From contig DAOLDB010000002.1 in NCBI GenBank assembly GCA_035327565.1, positions 5,661-69,660 of the forward strand: a stretch of DNA of 64,000 bases, written 5' to 3'. Source of the stretch: Saprospiraceae bacterium (GTDB lineage: Bacteria; Bacteroidota; Bacteroidia; Chitinophagales; Saprospiraceae). The position numbers and the translations under genes are program-made. Below the pieces are notes generated by a model. The model was not told the origin of the DNA, ran no database searches, and was given only the letters and a program-made list of their open reading frames with translations. Shown in pieces: positions 1 to 9,504 of the stretch; position 1 is the first letter of the stretch, and every line of letters starts with the position of its first letter.

Positions 1-253
1 ACCAGCCCTCATGGTCATATTCCTTCCCTCTCAGTTTGCTTTGGTATTCGGGTTCTGCTTTATTCAATAATTTTTTGGGATGCAGATTCATTGATTTCAA
101 CATATATTTCCATGCGGTCGTTGTACTGGGATTATTGTCATGTGTAATAAAACGCACATGGGGGCTGACTGTGCGTGCATAGGCAAGTGTTTTCTTATCC
201 AAACTGGATGTCGGATTGTAAAAAATTAGAATTTCTCTCGGATTGGTTTTCAT
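1..253 (-). CDS. Partial CDS (N-terminal 84 aa; runs off the window): small thioredoxin-fold protein, possibly ArsC/Spx-family-like
   Basis: Reverse-strand ATG at 253-251. My translation is MKTNPREILIFYNPTSSLDKKTLAYARTVSPHVRFITHDNNPSTTTAWKYMLKSMNLHPKKLLNKAEPEYQSKLRGKEYDHEGW, with no stop before the window edge. The family assignment is only a by-eye resemblance. Confidence 0.35.
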   Translation of the reverse strand, partial: MKTNPREILIFYNPTSSLDKKTLAYARTVSPHVRFITHDNNPSTTTAWKYMLKSMNLHPKKLLNKAEPEYQSKLRGKEYDHEGW

Positions 254-450
254 ATCTTAATAATTTAATGGGTGAGAATAAAGAACTGCATTAGATAATG
301 AATAGGGAGCCATTGGGATGGATTATGATTTCAATAAATAAAACCATTTGAAATGTTATATAATATAATAACATGAAGCGTACGGAGAATGATTCAAATT
401 GAGGTATAAAAAAATAAATTTGAAATGAGCCAATGTTTGATGATTCTACT

Positions 451-1647
451 TTAATGGGTCACATACAAGAGCAGGCCTTTCAAATACAAAGTCTCTTGAT
501 GGAAAATATTGACGGGATGATCAGGAGCCTGAGATAATCTTCCCGCGATTCTTACTTCCCTGCCGCTTTCCATGGCGGCAGCAGTAATTGTGTGTGTAAA
601 AAGTGCTGTATCCACTACCTGAGAACAGGAAAAGGTCAGAATTATACCTCCTTTTTTGATTTTTGAAATAGCCATGCTATTTAATCTTTTATAAGCCATA
701 ATGGCATTGTGCCTCCTGGATAAAGTTTTGGCAAAAGCAGGTGGATCTACAATCATCATGTCGTATTGTCCCGGTTTAACAAATTTCAAAAATTCCATTA
801 CATCCGCTTTCAAAGTTTCAAAATGCGCTTGTGTTCGAGCTTTATTGATTTCAATATTATTGTTTAAAAATTGCAAAGCAGACTGAGAAACATCAATGGA
901 AGTTACCGACGTGGCACCCCCCCCTCCGGCATAAATTGAAAAACCTCCGGTGAAGCAAAAGCAATTCAACACATTTCTTCCTTTGGCAAGGTTTTCTGAA
1001 ATGACTCTATTGTCTCTTTGATCCAGGAAAAATCCGGTTTTTTGTCCCCTCATGAAATCCACCTCAAATGAATACCCATTTTCTGAGATAATTACCGAAG
1101 GCTTGGGGACACTGCTACTATTATATAAGATTCTGCTGCTTTCAGCACGTTGGTTTCCTGAAAGTGATTCATCCCGATGAAGAATTATTTGAATTTTATC
1201 TTGAAAAACTTTTAATAATGCTTCACAGATGAAATGAATATAGGGCTGGAATCCATCATGGTGGGTTTGTATTACAGCTACTACATGGTAAATATCAATA
1301 ATCAAACCGGATATTTGATCTCCTTCACCATGAAACAATCGATATGCATTGGTTAGTTTACCCGGAAGGCCGAATGCCTGTCTTAAAATACAGGCATCGT
1401 AAATCCTATTATACCAAAACTCTGCGTCCGGGGCATTGCAAGTAAACGAAATCACTCTGAGCGATATATTGGAATCATGATAAAAAGCAGTACATAAAGG
1501 TTGATTTGAATAATCAAATACACACACTACATATCCGGATTGTACATTTTTATCAATTTTTTCAATGGCGCCGGAAAAAATCCATTGATGCTTTTTTATA
1601 AGCATTTTCTCTTTATTTTTTTTCAACCACACTCCTGGGAAATCCAT
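451..1647 (-). CDS. Class I SAM-dependent rRNA methyltransferase, RlmI/YwbD-like (PUA-like N-terminus plus methyltransferase domain)
   Basis: 398-aa ORF. Gly-rich SAM motif FTGGFSIYAGGGGA and the catalytic-type motif MIVDPPAFAK. Length and N-terminal domain are typical of RlmI-type 23S rRNA m5C methyltransferases. Confidence 0.75.
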   Translation of the reverse strand: MDFPGVWLKKNKEKMLIKKHQWIFSGAIEKIDKNVQSGYVVCVFDYSNQPLCTAFYHDSNISLRVISFTCNAPDAEFWYNRIYDACILRQAFGLPGKLTNAYRLFHGEGDQISGLIIDIYHVVAVIQTHHDGFQPYIHFICEALLKVFQDKIQIILHRDESLSGNQRAESSRILYNSSSVPKPSVIISENGYSFEVDFMRGQKTGFFLDQRDNRVISENLAKGRNVLNCFCFTGGFSIYAGGGGATSVTSIDVSQSALQFLNNNIEINKARTQAHFETLKADVMEFLKFVKPGQYDMMIVDPPAFAKTLSRRHNAIMAYKRLNSMAISKIKKGGIILTFSCSQVVDTALFTHTITAAAMESGREVRIAGRLSQAPDHPVNIFHQETLYLKGLLLYVTH

Positions 1648-1716
1648 TTTACATATTATATTTTATATAAATAATTTTTTTTTTTAATGTATATATACAT
1701 ATTTAGGTTTTATTTA

Positions 1717-1724
1717 TATATTTG
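1717..1724 (+). promoter_or_regulatory. Candidate Bacteroidota -7 promoter box (TAnnTTTG) upstream of giant surface protein 1
   Basis: Sequence TATATTTG matches the Bacteroidetes sigma-A -7 consensus TAnnTTTG. It lies in the AT-rich divergent intergenic region about 124 nt upstream of the ATG at 1848. This is a motif match only. Confidence 0.2.
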
Positions 1725-1847
1725 TTTTGAATATAATTAAAAAATTTATTCACGTTTAACTTTCCTGAGATCCGATAGTAGTGTTGTGGGCAGTGTAAAC
1801 TGCATAGAGAAGTAGATGTATTTAGTAACCACTTACACACAGATTTT

Positions 1848-4800
1848 ATGAACCAGCCAACCGGAAACAAGTCGAAAGGCATTATTATCGGTATTGCCTT
1901 GATGGGTGTTCTCATTGCAGGAGGATTTACATCCATGTCACTTAAAAATGAATCTTCATTATTTAAGTTGTCAAAAACAGAACCAATTTTTAATTCAATT
2001 CTCGATTCAGAGTTGCCAGATGATCGCTATGGGGAGGAGTCTTTTGTCGCGTGTTATTCCAAAATCTTCTTGTCCGTTGTTGAAAATTGCAGGGTAGAAG
2101 TATTACCTTCGCATATCGGTGTTGGAGTGAATGGCGGCAATTATGAAGTTCGTCTGGAAACAAAAGATGGGAAGATTCTAGCGGGTTCTCCGTTTATATC
2201 CGGAGAGTATGCGGGAATGGAAATTAAAGCCATTCTTACCAACCTGGATAATGGTCATACCTGCTGGGGATACGTTGTAGCCGAAGATAAGGATCCTCCA
2301 GTGATTGATTGTGTAGACAGGGATGTGAGTTGTATAGAAGGCGCAGATTTGGGTTTTCCCGATGTGGTCGATAATTGTGATCCGAATCCTGATTTATTTT
2401 TAATTGAAGTAATTAAGGAAGCTCTACCTTGTCATGAATTATACACACATAGAATTATTCGCAGATTTGTTGCTGTAGATCGTTCAGGAAATCAATCGGA
2501 AGTGTGCGAACAAATCACTAATGTATTGCGAATCAACGTAGGGGATATTGATTTTCCGGAAAACAGGACATCACATGACAACTCTGCCTTGGAATGCAAC
2601 AACTTTGAAACGGACAACGCAGGATTCCCACACCCGGATGTTACCGGAGTCCCCACGTTGGAAGGTACTCCATTATATCCTTATTTTGAAAATCTTTGTA
2701 ATGTTATAGTTATATACAAAGATCATGAGATTATTGATCCGAAAGGGTGCCACACTAAAATCCTCAGGACATGGAAAGTGTTGGAGTGGTATTGTTCTCA
2801 GGGAAGATTCAGGGAAGAAATTCAGATCATAGAAATAAAAGATACTACCCCACCAGAGATAATCCATCTCCTTCCGGATGACATGATTTCAACTATAGCA
2901 CATGCTTGCGAAGGATATTATATTTTACCTTCTATAGAGGCTGTTGATGATTGTAACCCCGAAGAAATCAGTGTCGATATTTTATATCCTGGTGGATTTA
3001 TTCAGGGTAAGAATGGAGGTGTAGGTATTCATCTTCCGTTAGGGGATAACGAAATTATTTATTATGTGTACGACTGGTGTGGAAATGTGGCCACGGATAC
3101 TTTTCATATAGAAGTTAAGGATTTAACTCCTCCGGTTGCCGTTTGTTTATTAAAAAGTGTTGTAAGTCTCGGCGATTCAGGCTATGTAAAAGTTCCGTCT
3201 TTTGTTTTTGATAATGGAAGTTTCGATGAATGTGAACTGGATTATTTTGAGGCAAGACGAAAAGATGATGGCATACCTTGTTCCAGTGAAAGTAAGTTTG
3301 ATGGCTCTGAATTTAATGCTTTTGTAGAATTTTGCTGCGCTGATGCAGGAAGTACGGTAATAGTAGAAGTACGGGTATGGGATAAAGCAGGGAATTCCAA
3401 TCTTTGCTGGGTGGAGGTTAAGGTGCAGGAAAACAGTCTGCCTGAAATCGTACCACCAGCAGATACGGTTATGTTCTGTCATGAACCCTATGATTTGGAA
3501 GATTTAAGTCGTTTCGGCACACCTGAAGTGGCAGGTATTTGTGATGCTGAGTGGGAAGAATCAGCCATTGATTATATTGATCAGTGTGGTTTTGGGTATA
3601 TCCTCAGGACTTTCACTGCTAAAAACTCCAAGGGAGAAGCTAGTGCGCAGCAAAGAATTGATGTGATCAATCCCAATCCTTTTGAAATGGATCCGGACAA
3701 TTGGCCACTGGATTTTGAATCTCATGATCTTTGTGGTTTTGAAGATGTTGAGCCAGGACAATTGCCTGAAGGTTATGGGTTTCCAATTCTTGAATTCGGA
3801 CCCTGCGATCTGGTGGGAATGACATATCATGATGAGCGATTTTATTCGTCAGGTACTGACATATCTTGTTTTAAAATATTGCGGAAATGGACTGTAATTG
3901 ATTGGTGCCAGTTGGACAGGGCAGGAGATGCACGAAAGTGGCACCATTTCCAGGTGATTAAGATTTCTAATAACATTGCACCCGAAATTACAGGGAGTCT
4001 GGAAACTGTGGAAATTTGCGCAACTACATGCGAAGAAGGACGAGTCACTCTCGAGCAGTCAGCAACAGATGATTGTACACCTTTAAATGAGTTGAAATGG
4101 AATTTATGGGTTGATCTATTTAAAGAAGGGAATACAGATATTGAATATAAAGGTACAGGAAGTGAGGCATCTGTCACCGATGATTTTCCAGTAGGTGAAC
4201 ACCTGTTAACCTGGTTGTTTTATGACCTTTGTGGGAATAGTGTTATAGCAGAACAAACTCTGATCATCAATCCTTGCATCGGACCCAAAGGTATTTTGAT
4301 CAATCGCATAGCAATAGCGTTGAGTCCGATGGATTTGTCGGGAGATGGAAATATAGATACAGAAATGGCTTGTTTATGGGCACATGAGTTTGATGTTAAA
4401 TCCTATCATCCTTGTGATGTTGATTTTGAATTCAGTTTTTCTCCTGATTCCATAGTTACAGAGTTGTGCTTTGATTGTTTCAGTTTAGGTCTCAATGTTA
4501 TTCCTATTTATATCATCGATATTTTTGGAAATATAGAAATCATATTTGTTGAAGTTGATGTTCAGGATAATAATGATGTAGACTTTTGCGAAGATCCCTG
4601 TGATTGTGTCATGTTTCCCCCTAATATTGTAGTATCAGATTGTATCACTGATTATAGTCCGGAAAGCCTGGGAAGTATGCCCATAGTGGATCCTGATTGT
4701 ATTTGTATGGATTTCGAAATTTCATTTGTGGACGAAATGGTAGGAATGTATCCCAACCCAATGTGTACTTTCATACGGCGGACATGGACGGTCCAGTTCA

Positions 4801-7800
4801 ATTGTGGCCCGAATCCTATCATTTGCACTTCCATGCAAAATATCAATGTATTTAATTTGTTGCCTCCATCATTAACCATCCCTGACGACATCACTTTAAT
4901 GACATCGGATGAGACATGTGAGGCAGAAGCAACCAACCTGGCATTGGCAAGTTCAATAAGTACTTGCAATTCCGGGGTAATAATTACCAATTCTTATAAT
5001 GGCAATGGACCTGACGCCAATGACATATATCCGATAGGGGTAACTGAAGTGATTTTTACCGCGACCGATGACTGTGGAAATCAGGCCTCTGATACTTTAA
5101 AGGTAACAGTCCTGGACGGAACTCCTCCGGTGTGTATACCCCAGGATATCACTGTGACTCTCGATGAGATGGGGATGGTGGTTGTAGAAGCGGCCGAAAT
5201 TGACGGTGGCAGCTTTGATTTGTGTGGAGTAATTGACTCTTTGGATATCAGTAAGAGCAAATTTGATTGTGATGACATTGGAGACAATTTAGTGACATTG
5301 ACCGTTTTTGACGAAAGTGGTAATAGTTCCTCTTGTGAAGCCATCATTACTGTAGTTGATACCATTGCACCTATTTGTGTTGTAAGAGACATTACTATTA
5401 ATGTGGATACTTCTGGGATTACTGTGATTACTCCTGAAATGATTAATGACGGCAGCTTTGACCCTTGTGGTTTAATTGTAGATTTCTCTTTGGACCGTGA
5501 TACCTTTGACTGTACAGACAGCGGTAATACAATTGAGGTAGTATTAACCTTGACAGATAATAGCGGAAACACAACTGACTGTGAAGCAATGGTCACTGTA
5601 GTAGATAACATAGCGCCTATTTGTGAAGTGATGGATATTACTATCACAATAGCAGAGAACAATGAGGTTATTATTTCTCCATTGGATATTGATGCGGGCA
5701 GCTTTGACCCATGCGGATTTATTGTGGATAGTACATTGAGCAAAATACTGTTTACTTGCGATGATCTGGGTGAAAACACTGTAATTTACACTGTGACTGA
5801 CAACTCAGGCAATACATCCACCTGTGAAGTGAGTGTGTTTGTAGAAGATGGAACTATGCTTATGTGTGTACCAATGGATATAACTATTTACCTGGATGAG
5901 GATGGCATGGCTTCTATTATTGCTGAAGATGTTGATGGCGGAAGTGCGGGAGGATGCTTTAATGACATATCTCTTAGTATTGACAAAGATACATTTGACT
6001 GTGATGATGTAGGAACTCCTGTGGTAGTTATTCTTACAGTCACAGATTCCAATTCCAATCAATCGACGTGTGAAGCTAATGTAACCGTTTTAGATTCATT
6101 TCCACCTATGATAGAATGTGAAAATATTACACTTTCATGTCTTGATTTTGATGGAAATTTCAATGATCTCGTTGGATATACAGTTTCTGACAATTGTGGG
6201 ATGGGGGCAGGTATGATTGCTATCACTGTACTGGTTGACGCAACCAATGAATGTGGGATTGGTATTCTTACAAGAAGGATTACTGTGACAGATGCCTTTG
6301 GAAATAGTGATTTCTGTGACCAGATCATCACAATAGAAGGACCACCCAACCCATTCGGTGAAAGTAATATTACTCCTCCCACCCCGCAGATTATTTTAAC
6401 CAATTGTCAGACTCCAGGCAATCTGGGTAATATTGGAGGAGCTCCGGTTGTGGATGTTAGTAATGTGGATTGCGCTGATGTTGAGGTTACCTTTACAGAT
6501 CAACTTCTTACTGCAGGTAACGGATGTAATGACACGATCCGACGCACATATACTATTGTGGATCTGTGTCAGTTTGATGGTGTAACGATGGCAGGTATGT
6601 GGGTTTACATACAGGAAATTATAATTCAGGATCTGATAGCACCCGTTGTGGTACCTCCTGCTGATATTACTTTGGAGGGAGTTTTTAATTCAACCACATG
6701 TGAATTTGAATTTACTATTCCACAGTTTTCAGCAACTGATAATTGTACGCCATTCAATCAACTGGTCTTTACCAACAATTCTCCACATGCCAATAACAAT
6801 AATTCGATTGATATATCAGGAGATTATCCTCCGGGTATTTATAATATTACTGTGACAGCAACTGATTTATGCGGAAATGTTGGAATGGGGTCGTTTATGT
6901 TGACAGTTGAAGATCCCGGAGAATTCGGACTTCCTTGCGCAAAAATATTTACTTCTATCAATGATAACATGATGGCAATAGTGAATGTAAATGATTATAT
7001 TGATTTCACCCAGGATGATTGTTATGAATTTGGTGGCCTGGTCTTCTCCTGGAGCAGAACCAGCCAGAATGTAGCGAATATTACATTTGATTGTGATGAT
7101 GTGGGTGTTACCAACGATCCTGCAGGATTAGGTATAATTACTCCAATTTATGCCTGGATGGGAGGAATGGTAGTGGATTCATGTGTAGATGTGATCCGGG
7201 TTACTGATCCATTAGACATCTGTCCGGATGGTTTAGTCATGGGGGGAGTAGTAACCAATGCTTTGGGAGAGAATGTAGAAGGAGTAAAAGTGATAATAAC
7301 CGGGGATCTGGAAGCGGAGAGGGTGACCAATTCTTCCGGATTTTTTATGGTTGATGATCTTGACATGGGTTCCAGGGTAACTATTCAACCTTATAAGAAT
7401 GATGATGTATTGAATGGAGTTTCTACTTTGGATCTCGTAAGAATACAAAGACACGTGTTAGGACAAGAACCTTTCACCTCATCGTATGAACTCATAGCAG
7501 CGGATGTTGACAATAATAAGGGGGTTTCATCATCAGATTTGATTGCCCTGCGAAGGGTATTGTTGGGTATTCAACCCGGGTTTCCTAACAATACCAGTTG
7601 GAGAATGATTGAGAACTCTTTCCGGTTTTCTTCTGTTGAAGAAACGTTTGCAGATCAATGGCCTGAGACCTATACAGTTGATCATTTTGACAGACCAATG
7701 ACCATCATGTTTACAGGAGTCAAGGTTGGAGACGTCGACCATTCAGCTAAAGTAAATTCACGGCAAATCAATACCAGGAGTAATAGAGAAGCTATCATGT

Positions 7801-8417
7801 TTGAATTGAAAACGGAAGGGGATAGATACCTTGTTACTTCCACCCGGGATTGTAAAATGACTGGTTTCCAAATGTCATTGAATAATAAGACCGGAGTAAG
7901 TGGATTGGAATCCGGATTGTCTGGATTCACCGCATCGAACTTCAGAATTGATCCCATCGGCAACTTACACATCAGTTGGAATTCACCCGATGAATATGTA
8001 AATGTAAAGAAAGGAGATGCATTGTTTTCATGGGATTATGCTGCCGGAGCGATGGATATCAGAAAAGATGGACGACTATATCCTGAGGTTTATTTAATAC
8101 AGAATGAGGAGATAGAATCTTTTGATCTGAAATGGGAAAGGATAAGCTCAGATGATGACTTTTTTATAAGCAGTGCCTCTCCCAATCCGTGGTCCGTTCA
8201 TACAGATATTGCATTCTATATGTCTTATGAAGATAGAGTTACCATAAATTTCTATGATTCAGGGGGGCGGTTTTTACACCAAAGGATTGTGGACTCAGTA
8301 AACGGAAGAAATGAATTAAGGATAGAGCGGAGTGAATTGCCTGCATCGGGTCTTATAATTTATGAGATTGCCAGCAGTAAAGAAGTACAAAAAGGCAAAA
8401 TGATACTTCTTCGATAA
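1848..8417 (+). CDS. Giant cysteine-rich cell-surface protein (adhesin-like) with HYR/Ig-like modules, a dockerin-like repeat pair and a T9SS C-terminal sorting domain
   Basis: 2189-aa uninterrupted ORF. N-terminal basic stretch plus hydrophobic helix (KSKGIIIGIALMGVLIAGGF). Many modules end in motifs such as CHTKILRTWKVLEWYC, CFKILRKWTVIDWC and TATDDCGNQASDTLKVTVLD. Carries a C-terminal dockerin-like segment and an approximately 80-aa Por/T9SS-type tail. Confidence 0.85.
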   Translation: MNQPTGNKSKGIIIGIALMGVLIAGGFTSMSLKNESSLFKLSKTEPIFNSILDSELPDDRYGEESFVACYSKIFLSVVENCRVEVLPSHIGVGVNGGNYEVRLETKDGKILAGSPFISGEYAGMEIKAILTNLDNGHTCWGYVVAEDKDPPVIDCVDRDVSCIEGADLGFPDVVDNCDPNPDLFLIEVIKEALPCHELYTHRIIRRFVAVDRSGNQSEVCEQITNVLRINVGDIDFPENRTSHDNSALECNNFETDNAGFPHPDVTGVPTLEGTPLYPYFENLCNVIVIYKDHEIIDPKGCHTKILRTWKVLEWYCSQGRFREEIQIIEIKDTTPPEIIHLLPDDMISTIAHACEGYYILPSIEAVDDCNPEEISVDILYPGGFIQGKNGGVGIHLPLGDNEIIYYVYDWCGNVATDTFHIEVKDLTPPVAVCLLKSVVSLGDSGYVKVPSFVFDNGSFDECELDYFEARRKDDGIPCSSESKFDGSEFNAFVEFCCADAGSTVIVEVRVWDKAGNSNLCWVEVKVQENSLPEIVPPADTVMFCHEPYDLEDLSRFGTPEVAGICDAEWEESAIDYIDQCGFGYILRTFTAKNSKGEASAQQRIDVINPNPFEMDPDNWPLDFESHDLCGFEDVEPGQLPEGYGFPILEFGPCDLVGMTYHDERFYSSGTDISCFKILRKWTVIDWCQLDRAGDARKWHHFQVIKISNNIAPEITGSLETVEICATTCEEGRVTLEQSATDDCTPLNELKWNLWVDLFKEGNTDIEYKGTGSEASVTDDFPVGEHLLTWLFYDLCGNSVIAEQTLIINPCIGPKGILINRIAIALSPMDLSGDGNIDTEMACLWAHEFDVKSYHPCDVDFEFSFSPDSIVTELCFDCFSLGLNVIPIYIIDIFGNIEIIFVEVDVQDNNDVDFCEDPCDCVMFPPNIVVSDCITDYSPESLGSMPIVDPDCICMDFEISFVDEMVGMYPNPMCTFIRRTWTVQFNCGPNPIICTSMQNINVFNLLPPSLTIPDDITLMTSDETCEAEATNLALASSISTCNSGVIITNSYNGNGPDANDIYPIGVTEVIFTATDDCGNQASDTLKVTVLDGTPPVCIPQDITVTLDEMGMVVVEAAEIDGGSFDLCGVIDSLDISKSKFDCDDIGDNLVTLTVFDESGNSSSCEAIITVVDTIAPICVVRDITINVDTSGITVITPEMINDGSFDPCGLIVDFSLDRDTFDCTDSGNTIEVVLTLTDNSGNTTDCEAMVTVVDNIAPICEVMDITITIAENNEVIISPLDIDAGSFDPCGFIVDSTLSKILFTCDDLGENTVIYTVTDNSGNTSTCEVSVFVEDGTMLMCVPMDITIYLDEDGMASIIAEDVDGGSAGGCFNDISLSIDKDTFDCDDVGTPVVVILTVTDSNSNQSTCEANVTVLDSFPPMIECENITLSCLDFDGNFNDLVGYTVSDNCGMGAGMIAITVLVDATNECGIGILTRRITVTDAFGNSDFCDQIITIEGPPNPFGESNITPPTPQIILTNCQTPGNLGNIGGAPVVDVSNVDCADVEVTFTDQLLTAGNGCNDTIRRTYTIVDLCQFDGVTMAGMWVYIQEIIIQDLIAPVVVPPADITLEGVFNSTTCEFEFTIPQFSATDNCTPFNQLVFTNNSPHANNNNSIDISGDYPPGIYNITVTATDLCGNVGMGSFMLTVEDPGEFGLPCAKIFTSINDNMMAIVNVNDYIDFTQDDCYEFGGLVFSWSRTSQNVANITFDCDDVGVTNDPAGLGIITPIYAWMGGMVVDSCVDVIRVTDPLDICPDGLVMGGVVTNALGENVEGVKVIITGDLEAERVTNSSGFFMVDDLDMGSRVTIQPYKNDDVLNGVSTLDLVRIQRHVLGQEPFTSSYELIAADVDNNKGVSSSDLIALRRVLLGIQPGFPNNTSWRMIENSFRFSSVEETFADQWPETYTVDHFDRPMTIMFTGVKVGDVDHSAKVNSRQINTRSNREAIMFELKTEGDRYLVTSTRDCKMTGFQMSLNNKTGVSGLESGLSGFTASNFRIDPIGNLHISWNSPDEYVNVKKGDALFSWDYAAGAMDIRKDGRLYPEVYLIQNEEIESFDLKWERISSDDDFFISSASPNPWSVHTDIAFYMSYEDRVTINFYDSGGRFLHQRIVDSVNGRNELRIERSELPASGLIIYEIASSKEVQKGKMILLR
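5121..6095 (+). repeat. Four tandem in-frame repeats of about 80-82 aa (240-246 nt) inside giant protein 1
   Basis: Repeat units start at 5121, 5361, 5607 and 5853. Each reads P(V/I)C..(D)IT(V/I)..D..G...(I/V).....(I/V)D.GSFD.CG......(S/L)....F.C.D.G.N.V.(L/Y)TV.D.SGN....CEA.(I/V)TV(V/L)D. Confidence 0.85.
7398..7570 (+). other. Dockerin type-I-like duplicated Ca-binding segment (domain of giant protein 1)
   Basis: NDDVLNGVSTLDLVRIQRHVLG ... ADVDNNKGVSSSDLIALRRVLLG resembles the dockerin repeat pattern D.N.DG.(I/V)...D...L...(I/L)LG. Confidence 0.55.
8169..8414 (+). other. T9SS (Por) type-A C-terminal sorting domain of giant protein 1
   Basis: The last approximately 80 aa are SSASPNPWSVHTDIAFYMSYEDRVTINFYDSGGRFLHQRIV...LPASGLIIYEIASSKEVQKGKMILLR. 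This shows the pattern typical of Por_Secre_tail domains: (S/Y)PNP followed by beta strands, G(I/L)Y.(Y/V), and a terminal K...(I/L). Confidence 0.7.
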
Positions 8418-8453
8418 ATGATTTGGGATTGATACTTAATACATCTATAAGGG

Positions 8454-8483
8454 GGTAGCAAGCAATTGCTGCCTCTTTTTTTT
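8454..8483 (+). terminator. Rho-independent terminator of giant protein 1
   Basis: Hairpin GGTAGCAA-GCAA-TTGCTGCC (8 bp including one G-U pair, GCAA tetraloop), followed by TC and a T8 run. It lies 37 nt after the stop codon. Confidence 0.7.
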
Positions 8484-9269
8484 CATTTTACTGAATGATT
8501 CTCTGGATTCCACAATTTCATTTCGAATATTTGGGTCATTAACCAATGGGATTAAAGCTTTTACAGGATTGGTAGAGTTTTTCAATGGTCAGCCTAAATC
8601 TTTTCAGGTGGTAATGTTTTAATCAATAGTAAAGCTAAAGGTGAAAGTTTTATATGGAAAATAGCAGTCTTTGTATTAATGAAAATGAATAATTTCAACT
8701 ATTTATCTGCAATAAGTATGTCTCATTTTAACTTACAGTTTGAGGAATAATATTTTTAATCAATGTGACAAATTTTTATTATTGAATTCGGGATACCCTC
8801 AGATCATCTTGCCCCCAACCACCAAAGCTCCCAAAGTTTTTGTGGGGTGGGGAGATTACTTGCCTCATAACTTTTAAAGGACAGTGCCATTATTGCACAA
8901 TATGCAATTTAGGGAATTCTGTGATTGGCACTCGCGACCATTCATTTCATCTGAGACTTAATATCGATAAAACAAATCATTGACCAATCACTCTCTATGT
9001 ACTCATGCTTTCCCATTCTGAGGTAATAACAGAGTATTTCATACAGATTTTGCCAGAAATCATATGATGCAATTGTTAAAATTGTTTCGTTGAAATTGTA
9101 TTTCTTGATTTATGAAAATTTATTCAATAGGAACATAAATTATCGGTCATATGGAATGACTGAATGGATTGATTATATGTTTTGAATACATTTACAGCGC
9201 ATTAAACATTAAATAAAATAAATATTTATAAATTGTTGATATAAATTATTATATATATTATAATTTATT

Positions 9270-9277
9270 TACATTTG
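9270..9277 (+). promoter_or_regulatory. Candidate -7 promoter box (TAnnTTTG) upstream of giant surface protein 2
   Basis: TACATTTG lies in a very AT-rich stretch about 228 nt upstream of the ATG at 9505. This is a motif match only and would imply a long 5' leader. Confidence 0.2.
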
Positions 9278-9504
9278 TAAAATTGTTTTAATTTACCCAT
9301 CTGAGAATGCTTTAAGTGGCCTCTCCGGTTATAGCATTTTTCATAGCAGGATGAGTTCCATTTCCAAACCAAAATTGTGATTTGCCCAAAAGAATTTGAT
9401 AATTCCGATAGGAAATACAGATGCTTTGATTAGATAATTACTCTTCAATCCCGGTTTTGGTTGGATTTATCTATCACTATTATTTGATTTAAAACTTATG
9501 AATC

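Noticed and set aside
917-924. G/C homopolymer tracts of 7-8 nt inside coding regions, considered as phase-variation switches: C8 at 917-924 in the methyltransferase gene, G7 at 21813-21819 in gltB and C7 at 22060-22066 in gltB.
   Set aside because: Each encodes a conserved Gly or Pro motif (GGGG SAM-binding loop, GEGGED, SPPPHH) in a housekeeping gene, so codon constraint explains the tract. Phase variation of such genes is implausible.
1675-1685. A T11 tract in the divergent promoter region between the methyltransferase gene and giant protein 1, considered as a slipped-strand phase-variation element.
   Set aside because: The whole intergenic region is extremely AT-rich, so a poly-T run is unremarkable. 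A single sequence gives no evidence of length variation. It is worth checking only if population data exist.
5081-5779. A 232-aa ORF on the minus strand, antisense to giant protein 1.
   Set aside because: It lies entirely inside the tandem-repeat region of the 2189-aa gene, and its own sequence is a low-complexity Ser/Thr/Ile repeat that mirrors the sense repeats. It has no independent start context. It is an antisense artefact of repetitive coding DNA.
8811-8860. A G/C-rich imperfect hairpin (GCCCCCAACCAC ... GTGGGGTGGGG) in the long spacer, considered as a structured small RNA.
   Set aside because: The pairing needs several bulges, has no flanking promoter or terminator signature, and matches no RNA family I recognise. 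It is retained only as part of the general spacer observation.
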